Positions 12,520 through 25,445 of a stretch of 64,000 bases of DNA are shown here, one piece after another. The notes beneath the pieces were generated by a model that saw only the letters and a list, made by a program, of their open reading frames with translations, was not told the DNA's origin and did not search any database. The stretch is from Vicugna vicugna (taxonomy: Eukaryota): positions 2,185,061 through 2,249,060 of the forward strand of contig MU058423.1 of assembly GCA_013265495.1 (NCBI GenBank), read 5' to 3'. Numbering within the stretch: position 1 is the first letter of the stretch; every line of letters begins with the position of its first letter. The position numbers and the translations under genes are program-made.

Positions 12520-13010
12520 TTAATAAACAGTGTTAGGCACATTCGTGTTTATTATCACATTTAAACCTCACCATCATGCTCTGAGGTTCACTTTGTTCCC
12601 ATTTTACAGGTGCAAAACTGAGGCTCGGAGAACAGGCATGATTTGCTGAGAACCACCCAGCCATTAGATGGTGGATCTATGATTACCTCTACCTGCCTTC
12701 AGTAATAACAATAATCAAGTCTTCCTACAGTAGCGGTAGACAGTATAGTGCCAGAATAGAATACAGTACGTGTCAAATATAGATGGCGTATTTAGCACAG
12801 TACACAGTGCAGGGCCAGATACTGTTATCAGTGTTTGGTTCTAAGCGCCCTTTCGAGGCAGATGCTGCTATTACTACCCCCATTTTACAGATAATGAATC
12901 TGAAAAGCAAAAAGATGAAATAACTGGCCTACGGTCACACAACTAGTCAGTGGCAGAGCAAGATTTAAACCCAGATACTTGGCCTCCAGACTCTGTATGC
13001 ACCATCACTG
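12520..13010 (-). mobile_element. Two MIR SINE remnants
   Basis: 'cccattttacaggtgcaaaactgaggctc' (~12600) and 'cccattttacagataatgaatctga...ggtcacacaactagtcagtggcagagc' (~12880-12960). Confidence 0.75.
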
Positions 13011-16000
13011 GACCCGCTCTCCCCTCCATGCTCTACTGCAGGTGGTCCCCTCACCAGGAAATTCAGGGTGATGGAGGAATCACCTCTCACTCAGACAGTA
13101 ACAGAGTTCTCAGAGGCCTGTGAGCCTAGCCTGCCAGGAGGCAGTGTCCATAGTGTGCGTCTGTGTCTGTGTGTCCTGAGGAACTCCAAGTCCAAGCACT
13201 GGGGAGGGATGTCACAGGAAGGGGTTCGCAGAGACAAGAGGATCAGTCTTGTTTCCAGACTAGAGAGAATAAAGGCCTCTATTCGAAGACCCTGCCCCCA
13301 GCTGGCTTCTCCGTTCCCGGAAGGGGCTCTCGTCCCCCTTCTGGGAAGGCCTGGAGAACTTGCCCTTCCTCCTGACCTGCCCCAGGAGCAGCAGCTGAAT
13401 CCTGCTCAGGGAGGGGTCTATCCACTATTGTCAGACAGCACCCTACTTGGACCCACGGCCACCCCAGCCACTGGGGACTTCCTGGCGGGTACCTGGTCTG
13501 GCTCCCCCCCTGGCATGGCGAGGAATGTGCTTCTGTCATCCTATCCTCCCTCCTCGACCCTAGCCCAGCGCAGAATTGGATTAAGAACAAAAATATGAGC
13601 TGTGTTTGTTTTAATCAGCTTCAAGACATGGGGGCTTTTAAAGGGAAGGAGAGCGGGCCGGAGCTGGCCCCAGGGCAGGCAGGCTGGGCGGTGATGCCAT
13701 CCCAGGGTCAGGAGCATGCTGAGCAGGGAGTGCATGTGCAGGTCAGATCCTGGGGCAGATAAGAGCAGAGCAGGAGAGGACCTGGGGGGCCGGGGGAACT
13801 GGGGGCCGAAGGAGGATGAAAAGGATGGGAAGGAGGGAGGGAAAGACACAGGTTTTCCCTGAGAGGGCAGAGGGCTGGTGGCCCACAGTCCCCATGCTGG
13901 TGCTGGCAGGAGGCAGGAGAGGAGGGTGCTGCCAGGCTCGGGGGGTGGACCCTGGAGCCTAGAAGAGCCAATGGGGAGTCATTTTTTTCCAGGGAAGGGG
14001 CTTCCTCCTGGCCTTTGGGATGAGGGATGTCGGGAAGGAGGTGAGGGAGAGTCAACACCGGTCTCCACTGCCCAGCAACAGGAAGAGCCCTGCCAGGGGC
14101 TGCCATGGAGTCTGAGCAACAGTGGAGTCAAGCTTCCAGATGTGCCAGCATTAGAGGGGACAGGTGTTGACGTTAAGTCAAAAACGCAGGACCTGGTGGA
14201 AGATGCGAGGTGTCAGGGTCAGGATGAGGGAATCAAGGCCTACAGGAGCCAGAGGCTGGGAAATTACAACATCCCTGGGCAGATCTCAGGTTTGGTGAAG
14301 ACCTGCAGGCTGTGGGGCATGGAAGAAGGGTTCTGGAGTGGCAGGCAGGACTTGGGTGCTCTGGGGTCCTGGAACAACCGCCTTTTAAAAAATCCCAGTG
14401 GCCATATGACTGTACACTTGCTGTATGAGTTGTGGTATGTGTATTAGCCCTGTGAGCCTAGGAAAGGGGCCCAGAGAGGTTCAGGGACTGGTCCAAGGTC
14501 ACACAGCCAGTGAGAGAAGAAGCTGGTACAATCCCCTAAGGCTTGGGATATCTGCCCTATGTTCTAACTCCCACAGGTGGAACAGCCTCAGCTAGTTTTT
14601 AGGTCAAAGCATCCAGATGGAAACAAGGGTGTCAGACAGTTGAGGGCAGAGCTCTCAGAGGCCCTTCCCAGAACTGTCCTGCTCCCCGGCCGCTGGGCAC
14701 TAGGGAAGGGTGGACTAGCTCTGCCCATCATACTCCAACACTCCAACACTTTGGGCCACCTTCACCTGGAGGGGACTGTGAAGTGATAACTGGACATCTG
14801 GGCCAGTGCCCACTCCCCCTTTGACCAGAGCATGGGCCCATTGGGACAGACCTGGGTCTTCTCATTCAGGTGCAAGGAAGGGTTTTGGTCCATGATGATG
14901 CATTTACCGGCCAGAGGTGAAGAAGAAAAATCAATAATGAATTCCTTATTTGGGAACATTTAGTCAGTTTTTCAATTTAAAATGGTATCATCCCTCTTCT
15001 GACTGCAAATGCCCTTTCTTTCTTGTTACAAAACATGATGAAAGTAAGACTTTAGAAAACTGATTCTTGGCAAAATGAGAACTGTCAGACCTATGTCCAT
15101 CCCCTTAATTTTTAACTGGTCCATAAAATCTACAAGTTTGGGAACAACTGTATTATTTTATTTGAGACATTCTTACCTAGCCTGAGACAGAGTCCAGAGC
15201 TCTGCACACTACAAGTGCTCAGTATATGTGGCTCACGCAACTTCTTAGAGTTTTGGTCAGCAGGGACTTGATGGGGAGATCTGGGGCGTAGCACCTCAGA
15301 TGGCTGGGCAGGCCTGAGCACATTACTCCATTTTCAGCCTCAGTTTCCTCTTCTGGAGGAAGAAACAGAGGAGGAGCGCCTGGAAAAAAGACCCGCCAGG
15401 CCTCCATCACTGAGTCCGTAGCTGTGGCCCAGGCAGAGGACTAAAGTGGGCGACGGGGGTGGGGGGTGGCTTGCTCAGCTGGCCCGTGCGAGAGAAGTTC
15501 TAGTAACAACAACGAAGGGTCTGCTGGCCATGAGAAAAAGGCTTAACTGGACAGCAGGCAGGACTTAGATCCAAATCAAACTAATGCCCACTGACTCACT
15601 GTCCCACGCCCCTGGATGGGCTCAGAGCCTCCGTTCCACGGTGAGTCCTGCCACCCCTCTGTAGGTCAAGTGCATCCAGTTTGATGCATCAAACCTTGAC
15701 TTAGCCCCTGCTCTGTGCCAAGGGTGGGGCAAACACACATTACCCAGGAAAATGGTGCATACAGTAGTGCCGCATCAGTTAAAATTAGAATATATGTATT
15801 CATAAGTATCCGAGTGTGTTAAGAAGCAATTAGACTAAATAAAATATGACCAGTCTCTGCCCTCAAGAACTAGTCCTTGGAAGATAGAGCCCCTGACCTG
15901 AGGGGGATACAGAAGAGAGAGGAGACCCAGTCCTCCCCTAGCAGGCATTCTGGCTGACAGAAAGGTGGGCGTCATGCACAGAGCCAGCAACAAGGTAAAA

Positions 16001-18059
16001 GCAGAGGCAGAAGGTGCGAACTGTGGGCCAGTGATGCGCCTGGGATAAAGATATCTCTCTGAATGCTGGAGCAAGATTGGAAAGGGCTTGTGCCGGCCCA
16101 GAACAGGGCACTGTTTCCCAAGCGCTGTCTCCAGGGTGTGGGTGAATTTTTAGCCTTTGTCCAGTTGTGAAGTAGGAATGAGGTGTCTTTGCCAGGGTCC
16201 TTGGGTTTGGTGGGCAGTGGGCACAACTGCCTCCACTGAGTGTGGAAGGGACAGGGAGCTGTGGGGGTGGGGTGGTGGCAGCCCTCCCACCCCGTAGGGC
16301 GGCTCAGCTCTGCACAGTCTCAGCCCTGCTCCCCAGACACCAAGGGACACCCGCTGCTGACACCATGGCATTGGGTTTCCCCTGGGCTGGCTCAGGCTAC
16401 TGTCACCAGGCCTGCCAGGAAATTGCTGCTGACACTCGGGGAAGGGCCCCGGGAGTGGGGCGGCCAGGGATTGTGAAGTCGGTAAGTTCTGAGCAAACAC
16501 TAGACAGGGCTGGAGCAGGGGAGACAGCTGTAGGTTTGAGAGGGATTCTAGGTACACAGGGCTGGGCCCTGAGTCTCCATCCCACTCCTGCCCTTCCTGG
16601 GCTTCCCCAGGAGGCCAGGGAAACTTGGAGCTTGTGGCCAGCCTGGCCGCGTGGAGTGGGATGGAGGGGAAGGGGCAGCACCGTGCAAGGGTCACAGGAC
16701 TCCCTCTGTATCCCCCACCCAGAGTTGTACAAATTGCTCCTTAGCATCCCCCCAGGAGGGGTGTCACAGCCGCCCCAGCCTCACCAGGCTGCGTGCCCAG
16801 TACACCGAGGGGACCCCCACGTGCTTGAATCTGGAGAGGGATCACATCTCCCTCCTCCTGGGTTTTCCCCTGTCCCCCTGTCCCTTCAGGTCCTGGGCAG
16901 TTTACTGTGCAGCCTCCCCCTGTGTCTATACGCCACCCCTTTCTCTCTTGCTCCCTTGCTGCCTCTCTCCTCTCTGCTGCATTTACTAACATAAAAACAT
17001 GCGTTGGCTCCCAGGTGCTCCTGAGTATTTCAAAGACTTGGGGAGAAAACGGGGACAGGGCAGGAGTAAGTGGCAGGAATGGGGGAGGAACCTTCAGACT
17101 GGGAGTTGGGATCCTCCAACTGTTGCTGCCCCTCCAGTTAGTTCCCTGCTAGGAATCGTGCAGGCACGTGCACGTGCATGTGTGTGTTGGGGACGTTGGG
17201 GATGGAATGACCAGGGCACAGAGCACTCTGGGCTCTCAAGGGCAATACTTGCAGGAGGCTGGGCCCAACCCACTTGCAGAGAAATAAATGTCTGTGGGTT
17301 TCTCTCCCCTCTGCACCGTACCTCACTCCTCAGATGCAAACCCTCAGTCCTGGAATATGACGTCCACCATGGCTCTGATCCTGGACTGCCCTATCATAGC
17401 CCTCGCCCAGGCAGGAGGAAGAGGAACAGTAGAGGTAGAAGCAGACCCAGTGGAAGTTCAGGAAGGGGCAGGCCTTCTGGAAGAAAGCCAGGAGGGCATC
17501 CATTCAGGAGGAATGACCGAAGGAGATAGGACTAGGGAGGGTGGTGAGCATCGTGTGAGCATGGGGTGGGGTGGGGGTGGGAGAGTCCAGCCACGGGCCC
17601 CCAGCTGGTGATGGACAGTTCCTGGTACCAGGCGGGCAGCCTCTGACCTCACCTGCCGGCAGCTGGGAGCCTGCACCCCAGACAAAGACCAGCGTCTCTC
17701 CAAGAAATCCTCAAGGGCGGAGATAGAGCATCTACACAGATAACCAATCCATCTGTCCACCCACCAGCAGGTGTTTTAAATACCTGCCACAAGCCTGACA
17801 CTGTGACAAACATACCGAATTTTCCCGAAAAGGCCCACCTCTCCCTCAATCTAGGAGAGTCAGTAGGCACCTCAGAGCAGGGCCAGGCAGGGACGGCGGA
17901 GGGTGGGCGTCGGGGTGTCTAACTTGCTGGTTCCCAAATGTCGTATTAACAGACCACAAAACCATTATTTAATGTTCTTAGCCTTCATTTAATCAAGTAA
18001 GGCCACTAAAGAAGAGACAAAATAAAGGTATTTTAATGTTTTTTTAAAAAATAAAGAGG

Positions 18060-18272
18060 GTAACATAAAAGACAGTACTTCCCAACATCAATTAGTGACA
18101 GAGGTTAAACTCGGGGTTACTTTGGGGGGAAGTGACTCAAAGAGACACGAGGAGGCCTGCAGGGCACGAGTCAAGGCCTGTCTCCAGTCCCGGGAGCACA
18201 GAGAAATGTGCTGATCTGTACTCTTGGGTTAGTGCACTTTGCTCATGTAAGTCACATCTCAATGAAAAACAG
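18060..18272 (+). mobile_element. Old L1M 3' end fragment
   Basis: 'ggggttactttgggggg...tgcactttgctcatgtaagtcacatctcaatgaaaaa' resembles L1ME-type 3' termini. Confidence 0.5.
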
Positions 18273-18324
18273 CAAATAGAGACAGAAGTTGGACATTAGG
18301 CTCATGGAAGCTCATGGCCACGCT

Positions 18325-18535
18325 TCATGTATTCAAATTCTAGCTCTACCTTTTGGTATCTGTGTGACTTTGAACAAACCACTTAACCTCTCTGTGCCTC
18401 AGTTTCCTCATATCTAAAGTGAGGATAATAATTGTACTTACCTCAAAGAGTTCTTGGGAGGATTAAGTAAGCCAGTACATGCGAAGCCCAACAGTGTTTG
18501 CCGTGTAGTAAGTGGTAGCCATTAATAATATTATT
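18325..18535 (+). mobile_element. MIR SINE
   Basis: Well-preserved core 'tgtgtgactttgaacaaaccacttaacctctctgtgcctcagtttcctcatatctaaagtgaggataata'. Confidence 0.85.
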
Positions 18536-18879
18536 CCAACAAAGTGCAGCTGCCAACTTTATACTGAAATATAAAAATAGATTAAATGACTTCAAATTAA
18601 GAAGAGGAAACCTAAAATGACAGTTGATAGTATGAATTGCATTATACAACATTGCTTTCTTACACAAACTCATTAATCAGATGCTCTATATTTGATTACT
18701 CATTCATTATTCAACAAACACTTATGGAATACCACTAGCTTCCAAAATTATTCCAGACAGTGGAATAAAGCAGTGAATTAGACACAGTCCCTCCCCTCAC
18801 GAATTTTCATTTTCATGTGGGAGACAGTCAGTACAAAAATAAGCAAATAAATAGATACTGTAGTGTCAACAGAGAACAC

Positions 18880-19510
18880 AAGGCAGCATAAAGACTAAAA
18901 AATCCACACCAAGCCGTTGAAACAGCAGAAAACAAGACAAAGAGCAAATCTCGAAAGAAGTCAGGAGGGGGAAAAAAACAACCTCTTTGCCCACAAAGGA
19001 ACAACGTAAGAAATACATCAGACTTCTCTTCAGACACCATGCAAGCAAGATGAAAGTGGAGAGTGGAGTGAAGTATTTAAAATGTTGAAAGAATTCTTAA
19101 AAAAAAAAAAAAGGTCTATGAACTCATCTACAAAACAGAAACAGACCCGCAAACACAGTGAACAATTTTGTGGTTACCAGGGAAAGAGGACGGGAAGGGA
19201 TAAACTTGGGAGCTTGAGATTTGCAAATATGAGCTGCTATATACAAAAATAGATTTTAAAAAACAAATTTCTTCTGTATAGCACAGATAACTATATTCAA
19301 TATCTTGTAATAACCTTTAATGAGAAAGAATATGAAAATGAATATATGTATGCATATGCATGACTGGGACATTGTGCTGTACAGCAGAATTTGACACATT
19401 GTAACTGACTGTACTTCAATAAAAATATTTTAAAAAGAAGGAAAGAATTCTTATCCAGTGAAATTATCCCTCAAAAGTGAAAGAGAAATAGACCTTCTCA
19501 GGCAAGAAAT
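18880..19510 (+). mobile_element. Old L1 ORF1 C-terminal fragment, split by a younger L1
   Basis: 'cagacttctcttcagacaccatgcaagcaaga...tatttaaaatgttgaaagaattcttatccagtgaaattatccctcaaaagtgaaagagaaatagaccttctca' is the degenerate DFS.ETMQAR..W..IFK.L / ILYP.KLSFK.EGEI..FSD segment. Confidence 0.7.
19100..19440 (+). mobile_element. Young 5'-truncated L1 3' UTR insertion with 13 bp TSD
   Basis: L1 3' UTR ending 'gtacttcaataaaaa', flanked by identical GAAAGAATTCTTA at 19087-19099 and 19441-19453. Confidence 0.9.
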
Positions 19511-22500
19511 GTCAATAGTGATAAATCCTTGGAGGAAAAAGCAAGCAAGTGAAGGGCTGGAGAACGGCAAGGGAAGGTGGCAGCTTGGGGAAGGGGAAGT
19601 CAGGGCATCTCCCTAAGGAGGTGCTGTTTCCATGGAGATTTGGATAAAGGGGAGGAGCAAAGCAGGAGCCGGCTGAGGATCAGGAAAGCCAGTGCCCTGC
19701 AGAGAGAACAGCAGGGACAAAGGCCCTGAGGCGGGTGGGTGTCAGAGGAGTAGAAAGAAGCCAGAGGCTGGAGTGTGATGGGCCTGAGGTAGAGGGGAAG
19801 GTGAAGAAGGGACAGGGCCCGGGGCCTGGATGCAGTTTGAGTTTGGTTCTGAGAGTCAAGAGAGGCCACTGGAGGAGTTTGACCCAAGGTGTGATGCAAT
19901 CAGGCTTCTATCACGCAAAGATCACACTTAGCTTTGGTGTGTGAAGAATGGGGAGGCACAGGGAGGCCAGCTATGAGGTGTAATCCAGGCCAGAGACGGT
20001 GGGGACGGACCAGGCAGGGCAGGGGGTGGGGGTGGGAACTGGATTCTGGATACTGTTGGAAGGTGGAGCCAGTCGGATGAAGGACGGATTGGATCTGGGG
20101 TGTGAGGAAAGGAAAGGGTCCACGTGGGTCTTTGGCCTGAGCAGCTGGAGAGGGGCAGTGTCTGTAGCTGAGACAGGGAACCCTAAAGAAAAGCCAGTTT
20201 GTGGCAAAGTCAAGAGTTCTGCTTTGCTTAGACGTGTTAAGTTGAGACGTCTATTAGGCTTGCAAGTGGAGAGGACAAATGGACAGCTGGACATACAAGT
20301 GCAGACCTCAGGGGAGTGGGCAGAGCTGAAAATACCGCTGGGAATCGTCAGCAGCAGGAAGTAGAGCCCGAATGCCCTGCTTGTTCTCACGCTTGGGGTT
20401 TTCTCATAATCATTATGGAAAATTCCCTGTAGCTCTGCTAAGAAAAGTGGAAACAGTCTCTCTAAGGTTGTCTCATTAAGGCTGGAATATTCTGGGCAAC
20501 ATCAGAGAAGGCGAGACCGGCACCCTGGTCTCCAGCAACTCCATGGGTCCTCTCCCCGTGGGCGGGTGGAGCAGATGTCTGAGGCCAGAGCCACAGAGAT
20601 GTGGTCAGGAATCAGCTGAGAGGGATGCTTTTAGGCTGGGGGCCAGAGAAAAATGCCTCCTGGGCAGAACCGCTCAGTGCTCCAGGCAGAACTGGAGACA
20701 ATATGAGATGCTGTCCTGAAAGAATAAGAAAATCTTTCCTGGTTGATTCTCTCTCACACCTGATTACAATGTGCCCTTTGAATCAGAGCTGCATCTGGTC
20801 ACTAAAAACTGTGGCCAGTAGGACTTTAACATCCTCTAACACTGGCTGACATTCCTGTTTGAGGAAAGAAAGCAAACCTTAGACTCAAAGCCTTCCAAAG
20901 GCAACTCTAGCTACAATGTAATCACATTCTATACTTTAGTTTTATTTATTTTTCTAGCTACTCTCTGTTTAAGACAAGTGCTACTGGTGTTCCATTCATG
21001 GTAAGAATGCACAATGTCCTCCTAAAAGATATTTGAGTGCCTGTATGTGCATGTGTGTGTGTGTGTTAATCTAAAGCAAAATGTTAATAGTCCAAGTGGT
21101 GCTCAGATGTGGCCAAAATCATGAAGGTGCTACTCACGTGACTAAAGCCTGAAAAACCATGGCTATAAAAGATGCAGAAATGGAAATAAGAGCCCTGAGC
21201 CTCATATTTATACGTGAAGCTCATAATCACCCAAACCACCCAAGATCAAGGGCAGGAACATTTTCCTTTCCCTTTATAGCCCTGGCAGGACGCAGGTGGA
21301 TAACTTTTCCTCTTCCATGTTGCCTTTGGTATTTGCTGTGACTAGGTCTCACCAAAGGGGAAAATTCTCTGAATATACATTTCTCACCATCTCAAGGTCA
21401 CAGAATTGACGTTACCAATGCTATTCCCCCAAACACTGCAAATTCACAAACTGTCTTCTGAATTAGCAAAGATTAAGACGTGCCTTTTAAATAAGAGCTG
21501 CATCTAATCACATTTCTAATTTATGGAGATGGAGGGTCTGGACCCAAATGTCCTCAAATGGTGCACTTCTCAAAAATAAGCAGTGACTTTGGGCATGACT
21601 CAGGGCTTTGAGCAGTGCCCGCCCTAGGCCAGACCTCAAGGGTCTCTGTGTATCAGATGGTCCCTGCACAGCAGTGTCTGCCCGAGTCAGATGACAGTGA
21701 CCATGTGGGGTCCAAAGACCCAGGCAGAAACTAGAGCTTGGGAAGAATAAGGACAAAAGATATTAAGATACAAGTCCTGCTGACCTCTTAGGACCCCATA
21801 GAAGATACCAGACCGCTTCCCTGGAGACCTCTTGGCCCAGCGATGTTATCCCCAAAGTAGGAACTGTGGGTCCTAGGTTCTCAGCACCTCCAGCTGCGGC
21901 TGGGCTGAGGGAGGCGCAGCTGTCTTGCCCGAGGCTGTGTCTCTTGTGAAGGAGAAACATCCGGCCAATTCCATTAAGAATGTCAGTCAAAATACAGGGC
22001 AGGACTCGGTCAGCTCAGCTATCCTGTCCAGCAGCTCTTGTGTGTCCTGAGAGCAGGCGCCTGGACTGTCCTCGGCCAGGACAGGGAGAGGCTCACGTCC
22101 CAAGGGCTGTGGCCTTTGCAGCCCCCTCATCCCCACAGTCCTCCCCTACCTAAAGCCTGCAGCCGGGGGAGGCCGCAGGGACTGGGAGGATGTGACCTAG
22201 GATGTGGGGACCCGCAGACTCTGTGGAGAGATATGCAGAGGTGAAAGGGCAAACCTGCTTCTAGTCTCCTTATCAGGAGAGGCCTAGGGAAAGGGAAGTG
22301 GGCAGCCCTGGAGGTCGGGCTTGGGGGTCATGGCTGGGGCAGGGCAAGGCCCTGGAGACCTAAGAGGAGACCCTGCTGGGATGGGGGAGAAAGAGGAAAG
22401 GGTAGGGGACTGGAGGGAGGGCCTGGGAGGAACCAGCTGTTTGGCCATTTCCCAAGGTTGGGGCAGAAGCGAGGGTGGCCAACCCTCCAGGTTTGCCTGG

Positions 22501-22599
22501 GACTGAAGGTCTTCCTGGGAACAAGACTTCCAGGTTGAAATCCTGGATGGTTGGTCACCCGTGCAGCAGTCCTGGCTAGGGGACCAGCAGAACCAGTAC

Positions 22600-22637
22600 A
22601 TACACACACACGCGTGCGCACACACACACACACACAC
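22600..22637. repeat. Interrupted (CA)n microsatellite
   Basis: tacacacacacgcgtgcgcacacacacacacacacac. Confidence 0.9.
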
Positions 22638-24219
22638 GTTGATGGAATGCCACTTCTCCTTCTCCCTCTCTTCATTCAACAAATAATGAAATGCCCACTC
22701 TATGGCAGGCCTGCTGCCAGGCACAGGGGGCTCAGCAGTGAAAGGACAGGCATGCCCCAGCCATCAGAGCCTGCAGACTGCTCACGCCTCACAGCTCAGG
22801 CGGAATCCTTACTGCACCCCTGCCCAGCCAGCCCACCATGCAGTGCCTCTGGCGCACATTTCTGGGAAGCTCTTTTTTGTCTACCCCACTCAACCCTGAG
22901 GGTAGGGGCTGTGTCTAGTTCATGGCTCTACCTCCCACCACGTTGGCCCAGGGCCCTGAGCAGGACAGGTGCTTAGAACATATCCTTGGCTTGAGGGGCT
23001 AAGGCACTGAGGGCAGGCTGGAAGTGCGGACACCCAGCAATCTGTGAATGCCCACTGCCCCTCACCCACAGCACCATGTGCACACACATAGGCACAGGAG
23101 CACACCTAGACTTTGAGTGACATTCTTCCTGACCCAGCACAGGAGGGCACCCACCTTTCTCAGCTGGAGCGGGAGGGGGACACACGGTGGGCTTATAGAC
23201 AGATCCCAGCCTAGGTTAGGGAACGGTGGTCCCCTAGATGAGGGGGGACCAGAGCTGGCTTGTTCTCCTCTGGCCATGAGGTCTTGGCCTCAGGCTCCAG
23301 CATCCTGTTTCCTCAGCAGTCCCACCTGCAAGGAGCTCATGGCAGTCGATGTATCCCAGTATGTCTGAGGTCTTCATAGGGAGGAAGAGCCAAGCCAAGG
23401 CACCCTTGGCCTTGGTCCTCGGAGCTGGAGAAACCAGTGGGAACTCTGAGCAGAGGCTAGGCGTCTGGGGTACAGCAGGGACTGCTGGGGTCGGGGCGGT
23501 GCCAAAAGCGGCTAGGGGTTCCAGTTACAACTCCAAAAGACTCCTCTGCCCACTTAAGGAGTAGGGATCTGTATCACTGAACTCATCCATGGGACTGTAA
23601 GCTTCTTGCAGGCAAGGGCTGTGTGCACTCATCTTCTTCTACTCCTCAGGGCAGTGCTTAGACTCGCTCCCCATACATTTGGTTGATGCCAAAATCAAGC
23701 CTGCCCGTCAGAGATTGGCACCCCACGTCTCTGTCCTGCCCCCTGGTGGCGTTTTATCATATTGCAACTCACAGATAGAACTCAAAAAGCAAGGGGTGGG
23801 ATTTCTGACTGTGGCTGAGCTTCAGCCCACTAAACCGCCTGTTTGGGCAGCCTGATCTTGGGTATCACTAAGATAAGGCCCCTGAGTGTTCTAGGAACAG
23901 ATGGAATCTAGCCACTCCCAACCAGCTGAAGAGTGGGAGAAAAGAGCAGGGTTTAGAAAAACAATGTTAGAGAAAGTCGTAGCCTGGGACCTGATGCGCT
24001 CTCTATACACAGGCCACAGACAAACTGGGAAGGCACAGGACTTTGGATCTTTTCAGATGAAACTCAGGTGCCCAGAACTGGATCATCACAGTGTTTGGTT
24101 CCTGACACATTGTCATGCTTTCATTTAATCATTCACTTAACAATTTTTCATAATGCGTAAGCACCTATGAACCAGGGATTTCCTTCCTTCCTACCTTCCT
24201 TACTTCCTTTCTTTCTTTT

Positions 24220-24734
24220 TTTATTTCTAATAGACTTTATTCTTTTAGAGCAGTTTCAGGTTCACAATAGAATTGAGCAGAAAATACAGAGTTCGCACAC
24301 AGCCCTCCCCACCCACGCATATATACTCTCCTACCCTCAACATTCCTCATCAGTGTGGCATATTTGGTATAATTGATGAACCAACACGGGCACATTATTA
24401 CCAACCAAAGTCCATCGTTTACATTAGGGTTCACTCTTGATGTTGTGCATTCTATGGGTTTTGAGTGACATAGTGACATGTAGCCACCACTATAGTATCA
24501 TACAGAATAATTTCATTGCCCTAAAAATCCCTTGTGCTCCATCTATCATTCCTCCCTCCCTCCCTCCCTCTCCCCAAACCCCTGGAAACCGTGATCTTTT
24601 TATGGTTTCTGTAGCTTTGCCTTTCCAGAATGTCATTTGATTAGAATCGTACAGGTTGTAGCCTTTTCAGACTGGCTTCTTTCATTTAGTAATATGTCTC
24701 TTAAGTTTCTTCTATCTCTTTCATGGCTTGATAG
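24220..24734 (-). mobile_element. L1MC-type 3' end
   Basis: 'agactttattcttttagagcagtttcaggttcaca', 'acattagggttcactcttgatgttgtgcattctatgggtttt', 'ttttcagactggcttctttcatttagtaatatg'. Confidence 0.85.
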
Positions 24735-24867
24735 ATTTTTTTTTTACTGCATATATATTTTTAAATTTATGTGTATGTACTGTTCATTGTTTCTACGAAC
24801 GTTTAGAGCTTTAGCTTGTTAAATTTACACAGTTATCAAAGGAATAAAGCCAACTAAAAAATAAGAA

Positions 24868-25385
24868 TTAACTCAAAAAGATACATACAGTCTGCTATTA
24901 ACAGCAACATTAGTTATAATTGCCAGGATATGGAAGCATCCTAAGTGCACATCAATAGTTGAATAGATAATGAAGATGCAGCATATATATATAATGGAAT
25001 ACAACTCACCCATAAAAAAGAAGCCTATTTTGCCATTTGCAGCCCTTCATTCACTTTTTTTTTCACTTCAAAAACTAGAATTTTATAACTGGCAGAGATA
25101 TTTTTTCCATTACATCAAAAACAACAAAATACCTAGAAATAAACTTAACCAAGGTGGTTACCTATCCTCTGAAAACCGAAATGACACAAAGAAATGGAAA
25201 GATTTCTTGTGCTCTTGGATTGGAAGAATCAGCACTATCAAAATGGCCACACTACCCAAAGCAATCCACATATCCAACCCAACCCCCATCAAAATACTCA
25301 CGACATTCCTCACAGAACTAGAACAAACAATTCCAAAATTTATAAGGAACCACAAAAGACCCCCAACAGCCAAAGCAGTCTTTTG
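24868..25385 (+). mobile_element. Two out-of-order L1 ORF2 fragments
   Basis: 24868-25045 is an ORF2 C-terminal region ('atggaagcatcctaagtg', 'tttgccatttgcagc'). 25105-25385 is a more upstream ORF2 piece ([26 protein letters not shown]...[19 protein letters not shown]). Confidence 0.85.
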
Positions 25386-25445
25386 TAGGACTCTTTTTTT
25401 TTTTTCTCTTTCTTCTTTTTGTTCTCTTTTCCTATGGTTTGATGA

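Larger units (their letters stand above)
18695..20380 (-). mobile_element. L2 remnant hosting nested L1 insertions
   Basis: L2 3' end 'cattcattattcaacaaacacttat' at ~18700. L2 body ('aagatcacacttagct', 'gttaagttgagacgtctattag') at 19510-20380. Confidence 0.7.

Noticed and set aside
16150..16994. Overlapping 181 and 250 aa ORFs
   Set aside because: GC-rich, stop-poor sequence open in several frames, with no family resemblance.
18523..18533. TAATAATATTA, a P3-type paired-homeodomain dimer site
   Set aside because: Falls in the AT-rich tail of a MIR, so probably coincidental.
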